A DNA stretch of 64,000 nucleotides, taken from positions 682,001-746,000 of the forward strand of contig MU008170.1 of assembly GCA_010909165.1 (NCBI GenBank), read 5' to 3'. Each line of letters begins with the position of its first letter. Position 1 is the stretch's first letter. Source of the stretch: Anthoceros angustus. Its lineage: Eukaryota > Plantae > Anthocerotophyta. A program made the translations under genes and the position numbers. A model generated the notes under the pieces. The model ran no database searches, was not told the DNA's origin, and worked only from the letters and a program-made list of their open reading frames with translations. This document shows, piece by piece, positions 1 to 12,449 of the stretch.

Positions 1-307
1 CAGCTCGAGTCGGATTCGACGGGAGCGATTCGCATTCCAGGCGGGAGCAGGAGAGGAGGAGGAGAGGGGAAGAGCTTCCAGAAAGCCCCGATCTTCACAG
101 CTTTGCATATGGGGTGCAGGCGCCGGGCTGGAGTTAGGGAAGTGGCTCGCTTCGTGGCGATCGTGTGTCTTGTGCAGAGGGATACTTCGGCGGTGCAGTT
201 AGCTCTGTTGTGCGCACCTAGGGCCATAGATCAGACCTAGGGATTAGGTTTGGAAGGCAGGCGTCGTGGATTATTCGGCCTTCCGGCGAGGAGGCCAGGG
301 TCCCGGG

Positions 308-3021
308 ATGGCGGGACGGCATGTCCCGCAAGTGAGCCATTATAATTTGAATGCTCAGAACACGGGGGGTGCGTATGTCACCAGCGCGCTGCACGACTTG
401 AACACCGTGGACAACAGGAACGGGGACATTGAGGGGCTCGGGGATGCGGACGGGGATGCTGCAGGGGCGGACAGTTTGGACAATGAGGAGGAGGAGTCCA
501 ATTCCGGGGTGAGTACGTTTTCTTTGACTCGGCTACGTGTGGAGGGGGGTGGTTGAAGGCGAGGTCTTGTCTCACCGTGGTGCGCGTTCTTGGGACTGGC
601 AGGACGATGGTGTGCCTGGTCCGTTCGGGAATTCCATGGCTTTGCAGGCTATTGGGCCTGACCCTAGTCACCTGCATCTTCAGAGCCATGAGCCGGCTCG
701 GGCACCGTATGGCTCCATATCTTTGAGTGGTAAGTTCGGTGCTTCCTTGTTCTGTGATTGTAGTGCCAAGTAGCTCTAGCCATGGCATGTGGATTCTGTT
801 TCCTAATGTACGGACGTAGGTGGTGCTGCTGTCTTCTTGACAGTGGGCATGCCCCGCATTCTTGCCTTATGCTTCCTTTGCTCTCCGTACTGTCTCCTTT
901 TCCAGAAAGGCACTTCGTGTGGAGAGTTTGTGGGTAACTGTTGCTTCTGGGAACAGATGTGAATCCAATGGAGACAGCCAAAGCTCGGTTTTTGAATCTG
1001 CTCATCGAACATTTTATCACGCAGCACACTGTGCCTGCCATGGATTCCCCTGAAATGTTGTACAATAATACCAACTCCAAAGAGAAGTCTAGAAAACGGA
1101 AGCCAAGAGATAATCAGTGGGAGGGAGATCCAAATTATCTGCTACCTTTGACATTCGTTGCAAATTTGTATGAGACCCTCATCGCAGAAATCAACCAGCG
1201 TTTGGCCACGGTTGATCACATTCCTGAGAAGACAATGATGGTTGCGCTTGAAGCTGCTGGAGGGCTTTATAGGAGGTTGATCAGAAAATATCCAAAATCA
1301 GGTAATGAATGGTGCGCTCAACAGTGTAGCACATGTTCCTTGTCTCATGACCCCTGCAGCTTTATTCCTACCTTCATCTCTATGCTATTTGCTGTCCCAT
1401 TGTATGAGCGACATCCATCTCTCTAAAGCTTCGGGTGTGGCAGGGGCTTCTACAACTTTCAAAAGGCGAGAGATGGCATCTGCGTTGGAGGCCCGTAACA
1501 AGTTTCCTCATCTCGTCACAGGGGAAGAGAAGCGTGTCCGGTTTGTTGTTGTTCATGGATTGGAGCTGGTTGAACGCCCTGACACGCTCTCCCCCGAAGA
1601 TGCCGAGTGGTACAGTTCGAGTGATTCTTCTCTGAAAGAACCACTTTTGGTCTCCAGGGTGTATGGAAATGACTGTTTCTGAATTCTCCTCAGGTTTAAG
1701 CGGCTCACTGGAAGGCATGAGGCAGCAATAGAACGGAAAGATTATGACTTTTTCGCTGCCCGAGTGAAGCATCGGCGGTCTTTAGTGGGCTCATTGGGAT
1801 CTATACCTTCTTTACCTCCAGTAATGGGCTCACCAGAGTTTCACACTCTTGCTATCTTATGGATATCTGTTTGACATTTGGTATATGCCTGATTTTCTGG
1901 TTTAAGTAGAGGCAATGGTGAATTTGGGGACTGGGGAAGCGCACTTACAGAGTATGGTGAGGTCCACGCTCTGGCTAACATCTTTTTGCTGGGCACTTGT
2001 GCAGCCATTTGTGAGCAGTGAAAGTTTGCAAGGTCTACCTGCAGCTGGTCATGGACATCTCCGGGCTCCGGTGCGTTGCATTCTAGTGTGAAACATAATT
2101 GCTGTCGGATGTGAGCAGTGAGGGAATGGCATTCCTCCGTCCCACGTAGAGGCTATGCCTGTAGATCGATTGAGTTTGTGCGTGTGTTGGCAATCTGTAT
2201 ATATACATGTAAGGGTGTTGACTGTCTGCTTTTATGTGACGGACAGCATTTTACAACTGGAGAGTCTGCAAGTGTGCCAGCTCGATCACCGGTATGTTGC
2301 AGGCAATATTCTGAGGACTTTGTTTCGCAGGCATAGGCATTCTGTGTCTTATTCTTTGGTTTCATATCTGATTTAAATTGTTGGTGGTGAATCTCAGCAG
2401 TTTGGTATTGTGGAGACTTCAGCAGTTGAAACTCAATCTCCGGTTAGTGAGTTGCTCCTATGCAAAGACGGAAACTTTTCGCTTAACATTGTGCTGCTCA
2501 GCACACAGCAGCATTCTGCAGATGGTTCTGAGTCATGTAGAGGACTGTGTTGTCCGTAACTCCTTGTACTGATGTGGGACTTTTCGCTTGTTCAACAGAC
2601 GAGGCATGCACCTGGTGTGCAACACACTCCACCTCCACATCCAGGACTAGTACCGATTGCCCCACGACCTCAAAGTACTCAAATTCACGCCCCACACTCA
2701 CACCTCTCGAATCATGGCATGCACCTGTCACATCTACAACATGGAGCAGGACCTCACGCTCAAACCTCCCAGAAGAGGGATAATCGTGCTCTCGCCCTCT
2801 CTGTTAATCTGGTTCGTTGCTTATGTTTCTTTCAGCCGTGTGAGCTTGAGGACTCTCCTTGCCGCCAATGCTGACGGACATTGTCAATGCAGACACCTGG
2901 GCCGGCAAAGTTCTGTGACGAATGCGGCGCACAGTATCTTCGAGAAGCCTCAAAATTCTGCTCCGAATGCGGGACCAAGCGTCTTGGAATATGTACAGTT
3001 TCCTCCAACCAGACAGTTTGA
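308..3021 (+). CDS. Conserved plant protein, At2g02148-like, multi-exon, with C-terminal double CxxC zinc ribbon
   Basis: ATG 308 MAGRHVPQVSHYNL..SALHDLNTVD; exons with TAKARFLNLLIEHFI, EGDPNYLLPLTFVANLYETL, VALEAAGGLYRRL, EEKRVRFVVVHGL; last exon PAKFCDECGAQYLREASKFCSECGTKRLGI..TGA 3019-3021. These blocks match my recollection of Arabidopsis At2g02148. Exon borders not all resolved. Confidence 0.85.
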
Positions 3022-3244
3022 TCAAACTTGTGCAGATAGAAACCATCAGTGAAGCAGGTGCATGCCCCTTTACATCCACCCTGATGCGCTTTGCATTTCC
3101 TTGCAAGTAGGAACGGGCGTGCTTGGGGAAGGAGACTGCGGAGATGGTCTCTCACCGGTTGCGTCCATGCCCGTCCTCTATGTAACTTGTAACAAAGTTT
3201 TGTGCAGGCATGGAAGTCCATGCAAACCCCAGAAAATCTGGGAT

Positions 3245-3790
3245 AACATTTCTCAGATGCAGCCCTGCTAGCCTGGGCTTTTAGTTCGAAGATTGTTTCC
3301 GATCCAAGTAGAAACTTACTGTCCTAGATTGTACTAGTTTGATGAACAATCAACAAGTAGAATTACTGGGCTGATGTAGATGTTGGTTATTTGCTAACCG
3401 TAGCTGTAGGCAATTGCTGGAGCGTGATCATGAGTGATCAGCGATAAAGTTCTCGGGTGCTGCATCTATTTTCTGTTGCTGCCGAGGGTAGATCAGACTC
3501 TCCTGGCACGCCAAGCTGACCTTTTGTAACATGTCAAAGAGCTCCTGGTGCTGCGGATGATTGCAGTTTCCAACCATGAATTGAAAGCGGGCGTGCTGAG
3601 TCCAAGGTCTTTCTAGGCATCTTCCTTCTTCCTCCTCTGCCCAAACCGCTTCGCCCAATTCCAAGCATGAGCAGAGATGTGTAACATGAATTCGTGTGCT
3701 GCAGCGTGCGACTACCTGCTGTTGCTGCAGCTAAACTGCACAATCTAGTTGAACTGCACAACCAAAGGCATGTTCCCAACCTGAGTATGG
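3245..3790 (-). pseudogene. 3' remnant of a PLS-E PPR gene (E/E+ region plus 3' flank), paralogous to 15183-18359
   Basis: ORF 3428-3664 ..HARFQFMVGNCNHPQHQELFDMLQKVSLACQESLIYPRQQQ aligns with the PPR C-terminus QARFFMVGNCKLPQDQEVYDMLRKVSLTCQENLIYPQQQ; DNA similarity extends into the flank (gatgcagccctg..tagcctgg at ~3257 and ~15060); frameshifts; no upstream repeats. Confidence 0.85.
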
Positions 3791-4593
3791 GCTGAATGAA
3801 TACTTCTCCCTTTTCACAGCCAGACCTTTGGAGACAACCAGCTTATGGTACACAAGCAGGGGTAGGCTCAGATCGTAACCCCTCCTCACCAAGTAGAACT
3901 TCTTTGCTCGTGAAGGGGGATTTCCAAGAATGAGAAGTCCTCTATGAAACTCCGACTTGAGCGGCTAATGGATCGGCTCGGAGCCGCTGGGTTCCTCACA
4001 GCCCCTTTCGCGCAGGAAACTCCAGCTGGCTCTCCTTCGCCAAGAAAAAACAAAACAAAACAAAAGGTTATTTATCAATGCCATGACCGAATGGACACAA
4101 CAACGTGCTTATTCAGCATCAAGCGCTTCGATCCGTACTTAGATGGATGCCTTGGTGCTCGTAGCTTATGCACACCATGGTATGAGTATGAGTCCCATGA
4201 TACAAAAAATTCCATCCAAGTGAACCATAATATATTTATTCGTCTATGGGGGGTATAATATATAATAGTATATATGAGTACAAGTTAAGGATATCTACGT
4301 ACACCTTCATTAAGTAACTCCAACTTGAGCGCCTAATGGATTGGGTTGGAGCAATGGAGTTATTTTTTTGAGCCAAACTTCTCGGCGCAAATATCTTGGT
4401 ATGGTCTTCTCTAGAAGAATATGGTATGGTATTAATTCATTGAAGGTTGTTTAAAAACTTTGAAGTAATATAAAACCTTGATGTTTAGAGTTGAGTTTTC
4501 TATAATCATTGATGAAGACATGATATTTTTTGCTCAGTTCTTTTTATTTATAGAAATATTATATATATATTGAGAATTATATATCAAGAAATT

Positions 4594-6416
4594 TTAGTAC
4601 CCATATTTCCATAAATTAATAGAGCCATCAATAGCATCAGCTGTAAAGAATGACCCAAAATCTAAACCTGAAGGACCTTGTGCTATGGCAGTTATGGGCG
4701 TGAATGAGCGCTGTACTCTTTCAACAAAACTGTATTCCGAATCAAGTTGCAAATTAGTTAGATCCAAGAGCACAAAGAGTTTCATAAAGTCTGCGATGAT
4801 GCAAAGAATTAACATACTCACTTTGGTAGGTCATATAGCCTGAGCGAACCATCTTTGAAGTTGCATACTAACATCTGTTGTGTATAGAAATATGTAAAAC
4901 TTTGCATGTGAAGAACTCCCTCTCGATAAAATACCCTCACTAGAGCCAAAGTCCGTGAATTAGTTATGATCCATAATTTGATAAATCCGTCTAAAGAGGA
5001 TGAGATTAGGAATTCATTCCAAATTTCGATGTTGGTGATGATCTTATCATGAGCCTTAAAGTCTTGTCGAACTCTTCCGAAAGCCACATCCCACACCTGG
5101 ATATGGTGATTTGTGGATGCTGAGTAGAGCGTACCATGCCCTGTTATAAGCTTGGTAATGGTAGTTTCATGGAACATGTAACTTGGTGGATGTTGAAAAG
5201 AGTTGGTCAAGACATTGTACCTCCAAGTTAAAATCCCAGGTCTTAACCTATTGTTAGTGCAAGCAAATACCCTCCCTGGATTTTTCAGTATTGCCATTGA
5301 CAATAGGTAGTAACTGCTGTTTGTATGTATGTTTTGTTGTGTAGGGTAAACAAAAAGTTGTGTTTTATTCGTTCTTGTGTCCCATGCCTACACATATCGC
5401 GCATCATGTCCACATCAATCATGTCCACATCAATCATTATAAGTACACAATTTTGTATGATGAATACATAAAAATCAGCTCATAGCATAGTTTTAACATA
5501 TATCAAAAGTCGCATGTCTCATCAAAATATTTCTATTGGACATGACAATACCTTGATGTTGTAGCTTTCCATTATAAACCTCCAGCTACCTCCACATTGT
5601 AAGGACCCTACAACACCTGCCATACGTGTGACATGTAGACATTTCGCGGCTGCATGATCCCACATCCTCACGGTACCATCTATTCCTCCAGTATAAATGT
5701 AATTTGAGCTAGATGGAAAAAGAATTGCATTCACTGACTGTTACAGAAGTCCACAAATCATAAAAATATTATTTAAATAACATACTTTAGAACTACATAA
5801 TATAATTTACTTATGTATTTATATAATGGTTTGAGCTAGATGGAAAAAGAATTGCATTCACTGTCTGTTACAGAAGTCCACAAATCATAAAAAATATTAT
5901 TTAAATAACGTACTTTAGAACTACATAATATAATTTACTTATGTATTTATATAAAAATAATAAAATAGTTAAAACATAAAGGTATAAAAAGTGACATGTT
6001 ACCTGATGGTGCCCTATCAACTTTTTGTGTAACGTCATTTTTCTTATCGTAGTGATGGGAGGCGGATAAACATCTTGAACAACTTGAGGCTCCGACTCAT
6101 CCTCGTTATCCACATTGAAAGGACCATTAACTTGTGACTCATCCTCGCTATCCAGATTGAAAGGACCAATAACTTGTGACTCATTATCACTATTAATGTC
6201 GTCATTGTTACTTCTCCTCCCATCCATGGCGTGACTACGATATTTGCCTTCTGATTGTTTTGCGTTCTCAAATTTCAGGGCCTTCGAATTTTTGGTTTCT
6301 GTTTCAGGTGTAAGAACTAACGCATTCAACTTGTCGAGTCCGAAGTCCCTGTACTTGTGCCATGGCAACACATCAGTCCACTCACTCATTGAAAAAGCTA
6401 GTGCGGGTCTGGTCAA
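4594..6416 (-). pseudogene. Divergent ZFWD-like (C3H48/63-type) WD40 gene, CCCH fingers not seen; gene or pseudogene
   Basis: Exons read KKLIGHHQ|TVNAILFPSSSNYIYTGGIDGTVRMWD, ILTWRYN..HHIQVWD..WNEFLISSSLDGFIKLW..LRLYDLP, SFVER..GPSG..FFTADAIDGSINLWKY, in the same order as the ZFWD1 WD40 region; donor CAG|GTAACA at ~6002. Confidence 0.7.
5703..5955. repeat. ~127-bp direct tandem duplication spanning an intron/exon boundary of the WD40 gene
   Basis: ttgagctagatggaaaaagaattgcattcactg..atgtatttatataa occurs at ~5703 and ~5830. Confidence 0.9.
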
Positions 6417-9400
6417 TCAGCAAGGCATCTCTCAACACCTCTCGGGAGGCTTGTGAAACAAAAGAAGACTCAATAGTAAAGTAAACACACCCTAGCAGCC
6501 CTAGTTCAGTCAATAACAGCACTGGTCAATCAGCAAGGCATCTCTCAACACCTCTCGGGAGGCTTGTGAAACAAAAGAAGACTCAATAGTAAAGTAAACA
6601 CACCCTAGCAGCCCTAGTTCAGTCAATAACAGCACTGGTCAATCAGCAAGGCATCTCTCAACACCTCTCGGGAGGCTTGTGAAACAAAAGAAGACTCAAT
6701 AGTAAAGTAAACACACCCTAGCAGCCCTAGTTCAGTCAATAACAGAACTAACGCATTCAACTTGCCGAGGCCGAAGTCCCTGCACTTGTACCATGGCAAC
6801 ACATTAATACACTCACTCGTTGAAAAAGCACTAGTGCAGGTGTGGTCAATCGAAGGCATCTTTCAACACCTCTCGGGAGGCTTGTCAAGCGAAGAAGACC
6901 CAATAGAATAGTGAACACACGCTAGACGCCCCGGTTGAATAATAGAATTAACGATTCCCGGTTCGGTAATAGAACTAACGCATTCAACTTGCCGAGGCCA
7001 AGTCCCTGCTTGTGCCATGGCAACACATCATCCACTCACTCATTGAAAAAGCTAGTGCGGTCCGGTCAATCGCCAAGGCATCTCTCAACACCTCTCGGGA
7101 GGCTTGTGAAACAAAAGAAGACTCAATAGTAAAGTAAACACACCCTAGCAGCCCTAGTTCACCAATAACAAAAGACCGGTCAATCAAGGCATCTCTCAAC
7201 ACCTCTCGGGAGGCTTGTGAAACAAAAGAAGACTCAATAGTAAAGTAAACACACCTAGCAGCCTAGTTCACCAATAACTAACGCATTCAACTTGCCGAGG
7301 CCAAGTCCCCGCACTTGTACCATGGCAACACATTAATACACTCACTCGTTGAAAAGCACTAGTGTGTGGTCAATCGAAGGCATCTTTCAACACCTCTCGG
7401 GAGGCTTGTCAAGCGAAGACCCAATAGAATAGTGAACACACGCTAGACGCCCCGTTGAATAATAGAATTAACGCATTCGGTAATAGAACTAACGCATTCA
7501 ACTTGAGGCTCAGAGCTCATCCTCGTTATCCACATTGAAAGGACCATTAACTTGTGACTCATCCTCGCTATCCAGTTGAAAGGACCAATAACTTGTGACT
7601 CATTATCACTATTAATGTCGTCATTGTTACTTCTCCTCCCATCCATGGCGTGACTCGATATTTGCCTTGATTGTTTTGCGTTCTCAAATTTGTGGCCTTG
7701 AATTTTGGTTTCGCTTGTGTAAGAACTAACGATTCAACTTGAGGCTGACTCATCCTCGTTATCCACATTGAAAGGACCATTAACTTGTGACTCATCCTCG
7801 CTATCCAGTTGAAAGGACCAATAACATGACTCATTATCACTATTAATGTCGTCATTGTTACTTCTCCTCCCATCCATGGCGTGACTATATTTGCCTTGAT
7901 TGTTTTGCGTTCTCAAATTTGTGGCCTTGAATTTTGGTTTCGCTTGTGTAAGAACTAACGCATTCAACTTGCCGAGGTCAAGTCCACTTGTGCCATGGCA
8001 ACACATCACCACTCACTCATTGAAAAAGCTAGTGCGGTCCGGTCAATCGCCAAGGCATCTCTCAACACCTCTCGGGAGGCTTGTGAAACAAAAGAAGACT
8101 CAATAGTAAAGTAAACACACCTAGCAGCCCTAGTTCACCAATAACAAAAGACCGGTCAATCAAGGCATCTCTCAACACCTCTGGAGGCTTGTGAAACAAA
8201 AGAAGACTCAATAGTAAAGTAAACACACCCTAGCAGCCCTAGTTCACCAATAGTAACTAACGCATTCAACTTGCCGAGGTCAAGTCCCCACACTTGTACC
8301 ATGGCAACACATTAATACACTCACTCGTTGAAAAGCACTAGTGTGTGGTCAATCGCTAGGGATCCTTCAACACCTCTGGAGGCTTGTCAAATGTAAGAAG
8401 ACCCAATAGAATAGTGAACACACGCTAGACGCCCCGTTGAATAATAGAATTAACGCATTCCCGGTTCGGTAATAGAACTAACGCATTCAACTTGAGGCCG
8501 AAGTCCCCACTTGTGCCATGGCAACACACACACTCACTGCGTTGAAAAGCACGAGTGCGGGTGTGGTCAATCAAGGCATCTTTCAACACCTCTCATGAGG
8601 CTTGTCAAACGAAGGAGACCCAATGGAAAAGTAAACATACCTAGCGCCAATTAAAAGTACAAGCTCAGTTTTTATAGCCCTAGAACATAAGCCAACAAGG
8701 AGAGTGGTTTTCCACATGCCACATTCTTTTCTCTCCCTACAAACCCTAAACCCTAAGTCTCAAGCTCTACACACATAGTTCAATATCTAGAACTCCATGA
8801 TCATGGATAAGATTATTAACCAAGCTATGTTTGAACTTATATAGATAATCGATTGTTAGTTACTAAAAAAAAAATTATGATAGAAAATTCTAATCCTTAC
8901 CAATAATTTGTTATTTTCGTGAGCCCAACTCCTCAGCGCAAATATCTTGGTAAAGTCTGCTTTAGAAGAATATGGTATGATATTAATTCATTGAAGTTGT
9001 TTGAAAACTTTGATGTATTATGCAAACTTGATGTTTAGAGTTAAGTACTCTAATAATTCTTCAGGGAGGCATGATATTTCTTGCTCAATTCTTTCTGAGT
9101 TATAAAAACATTACATCTCGATGAAATTCCCTTAATAAAGCTAAAGTCCGTCAAGTAGTTATAATCCATAATTTAATAAATCCTTCCAAAGAGGATGACA
9201 TTAGGAATTCATTCCAAATTTGGATGTTGGTGATATCTTATTATGAGCCTTAATCTCTTCCAAAATTATAAAAATATAAAAATAAACAATTGAAAAAAAA
9301 AATACAAGGAAAAAATGCAACCAAACACTTGGAAAAGAATACAAGAAAATTTACATGGAGAAGGAAATTGAGAGTAAATTCATAGTTGAGAAAATGTACA

Positions 9401-10880
9401 AGGAAGAATATGAAGAAGGAAACTTCCAAAAGAAAAACACAATCTTGAAATGTAGTCTTCACTCCATTAAAAATTTGAGGATAAATTTGAAGGAGATAAT
9501 AAGTAATATAAAACTCTCAATTTGATTAGTGGAGATATACCTAGTAGCTAGTTGAAAGGACCAATAACTTGTGACTCATCCTCGCTATCCATTGAAAGGA
9601 CCATTAACTTGTGACTCATCCTCGCTATCCAGTTGAAAGGACCAATAACTTGTGACTCATCCTCGCTATCCAGTTGAAAGGACCAATAACTTGTGACTCA
9701 TTATCACTATTAATGTCGTCATTGTTACTTCTCCTCCCATCCATGGCGTGACTACGATATTTGCCTTGATTGTTTTGCGTTCTCAATTTGGGGCCTTGAA
9801 TTTTGGTTTCGCTTGTGTAAGAACTAACGCATTCAACTTGAGGCTGACTCATCCTCGCTATCCATTGAAAGGACCATTAACTTGTGACTCATCCTCGCTA
9901 TCCAGTTGAAAGGACCATTAACTTGTGACTCATCCTCGCTATCCATTGAAAGGACCAATAACTTGTGACTCATCCTCGTTATCCACATTGAAAGGACCAT
10001 TAACTTGTGACTCATCCTCGCTATCCATTGAAAGGACCATTAACTTGTGACTCATCCTCGTATCCACATTGAAAGGACCATTAACTTGTGACTCATCCTC
10101 GTTATCCACATTGAAAGGACCATTAACTTGTGACTCATCCTCGTTATCCACATTGAAAGGACCAATAACTAACGCATTCAACTTGCCGAGGCCAAGTCCC
10201 CGCACTTGTACCATGGCAACACATCACCACTCACTCATTGAAAAAGCTAGTGCGGGTCTGGTCAATCGAAGGCATCTCTCAACACCTCTCGGGAGGCTTG
10301 TGAAACAAAAGAAGACTCAATAGTAAAGTAAACATACCTAGCAGCCCTAGTTCACCAATAACAAAAGACCGGTCAATCAAGGCATCTCTCAACACCTCTC
10401 GGGAGGCTTGTGAAACAAAAGAAGACTCAATAGTAAAGTAAACACACCCTAGCAGCCTAGTTCACCAATAACTAACGCATTCAACTTGCCGAGGCCGAAG
10501 TCCCTGCACTTGTACCATGGCAACACATTAATACACTCACTCGTTGAAAAAGCACTAGTGCAGGTGTGGTCAATCAGCAAGGGATCCTTCAACACCTCTC
10601 AGGAGGCTTGTCAAACAGAAGAAGACCCAATAGAATAGTGAACACACGCTAGACGCCCCAGTTGAATAATAGAATTAACGCATTCCCAGTTCAGTAATAG
10701 AACTAACGCATTCAACTTGCCGAGGCCGAAGTCCCTGCACTTGTGCCATGGCAACACATTAATACACTCACTCGTTGAAAAAGCACGAGTGCGGGTGTGG
10801 TCAATCAGCAAGGCATCTTTCAACACCTCTCATGAGGCTTGTCAAACAGAAGGAGACCCAATGGAAAAGTAAACATACCT
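6080..10880. repeat. Compound tandem array of 42-bp and ~113-bp units plus larger cassettes, interrupted by 8640-9550
   Basis: 42-bp unit gactcatcctcgttatccacattgaaaggaccattaacttgt (minus strand: 14-aa DNEDESQVNGPFNV); ggtcaatcagcaaggcatctctcaacacc unit at 6411, 6524, 6637 (period 113); a gcattcaacttgccgagg..ccatggcaacac cassette recurs many times. Confidence 0.95.
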
Positions 10881-11808
10881 AGCAGCGCCAATTCAGTAAA
10901 AGTACAAGCTCAGGCTTCTTTATAGCCCTAGAACATAAGCCAACAAGGAGAGTGGTTTTCCACATGCCACATTCTTTTCTCTCCCTACAAACCCTAAACC
11001 CTAAGTCTCAAGCTCTACACACATAGTTCGAATATCTAGAACTCCATGATCGCGGATAAGATTATTAACCAAGCTATGTTTGAACTTATATAGATAACTG
11101 ATTGTTAGTTACTAAAAAAAATTATGATAGAAAATTCTAATCCTTACCGTTTAAGGCCAATTTGTTATTTTCGTGAGCCCAACTCCTCAGCGCAAATATC
11201 TTGGTAAAGTCTGCTTTAGAAGAATATGGTATGATATTAATTCATTGAAGTTGTTTGAAAACTTTGATGTATTATGCAAACTTGATGTTTAGAGTTAAGT
11301 ACTCTAATAATTCTTCAGGGAGGCATGATATTTCTTGCTCAATTCTTTCTGAGTTATAAAAACATTACATCTCGATGAAATTCCCTTAATAAAGCTAAAG
11401 TCCGTCAAGTAGTTATAATCCATAATTTAATAAATCCTTCCAAAGAGGATGACATTAGGAATTCATTCCAAATTTGGATGTTGGTGATATCTTATTATGA
11501 GCCTTAATCTCTTCCAAAAATTATAAAAATATAAAATAAACAATTGAAAAAAAAATACAAGGAAAAAAAATGCAACCAAACACTTGGAAAAGAATACAAG
11601 AAAATTTACATGGAGAAGGAAATTGAGAGTAAATTCATAGTTGAGAAAATGTACAAGGGAAGAAATATGAAGAAGGAAACTTCCAAAAGAAAAACACAAT
11701 CTTGAAATGTAGTCTTCACTCCATTAAAAATTTGAGGATAAATTTGAAGGAGATAATAAGTAATATAAAACTCTCAATTTGATTAGTGGAGATATACCTA
11801 GTAGCTAG
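7575..11808. repeat. Head-to-tail duplication D0 (~7575-9551 / 9552-11808), each copy with an internally deleted WD40 remnant
   Basis: 8640-9550 is near-identical to 10880-11808; junction cctagtagctag|ttgaaaggacc; 9115-9255 and 11310-11505 match 4922-5060; 8920-9050 matches 4370-4495. Confidence 0.8.
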
Positions 11809-12044
11809 CAGCTTGATACTGGGACGTTCGATTTCATTTCAATCATTAGGTAGGTGTTTCAACTTTCAACCCCGTGATAAAAAGTAGCTGGTGTCCTAGT
11901 ATATACATTATATAAGTCATCCCTTGAGCAAAACCCTAGAGGTTTAGGGTTCGGAATGAATGTGGATTTGTCGATTTGTCATTCATTTCAGCAAAGCGAA
12001 GGAAGTTTGACACACCATGTGTTGCACCAAAGCTAGGGCCTGAG

Positions 12045-12283
12045 ATGGATGCGAATGCAAATGTGGAGAACGTTGTCCATGGCCAGTGGAGCAGCAGCCT
12101 GACGATATAGTGGCCCAGGTACTTACTAAGCTACCGCTCGTGAGCCTGGTGCGATTTCGCGCGATTTGCAAAGGTTGGAAGGAGGCCATGGCATCGCCCT
12201 CTTTGTTGCGGGAGCAGCGGGCATCGATATCCCAAGCAGGCGCCAGACCATGGATGATGAGAGTATCAAAATTGTACCTCTAA
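12045..12283 (+). pseudogene. F-box gene fragment, frameshifted
   Basis: ATG 12045 MDANANVENVVHGQWSS then a frameshift into PDDIVAQVLTKLPLVSLVRFRAICKGW (F-box consensus); no downstream substrate-binding domain. Confidence 0.75.
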
Positions 12284-12449
12284 CAATATCAAAATGCTTA
12301 AAGAGTACTTGCTCTCTCTACGATTTTTGAGGCTTCTTGTTTACAACTTAATGCATATAATTTTGTCCTTTCAAAAGGTAGATCTGAATCCATTTTCATA
12401 ATGGTAGGCTCGTCCGCATCTTCACCCACATCCACATTTACTCCAGCAG

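Noticed and set aside
266-307. GTG start of ORF 266-556
   Set aside because: Homology begins at the ATG at 308.
308-3790. Conserved synteny of an At2g02148-like gene with a PPR gene (I recall At2g02150 being a neighbouring PPR)
   Set aside because: PPR genes are very numerous and this one is a PLS-class remnant; coincidence is likely and I cannot verify it.
6080-10880. CRISPR-like array
   Set aside because: Units abut or alternate with other repeated units; no unique spacers, no cas genes, eukaryotic context.
8741-11950. Interstitial telomere (AAACCCT at ~8741, ~10990, ~11932)
   Set aside because: Only 1-2 units each; better explained as telo-box promoter/UTR motifs.
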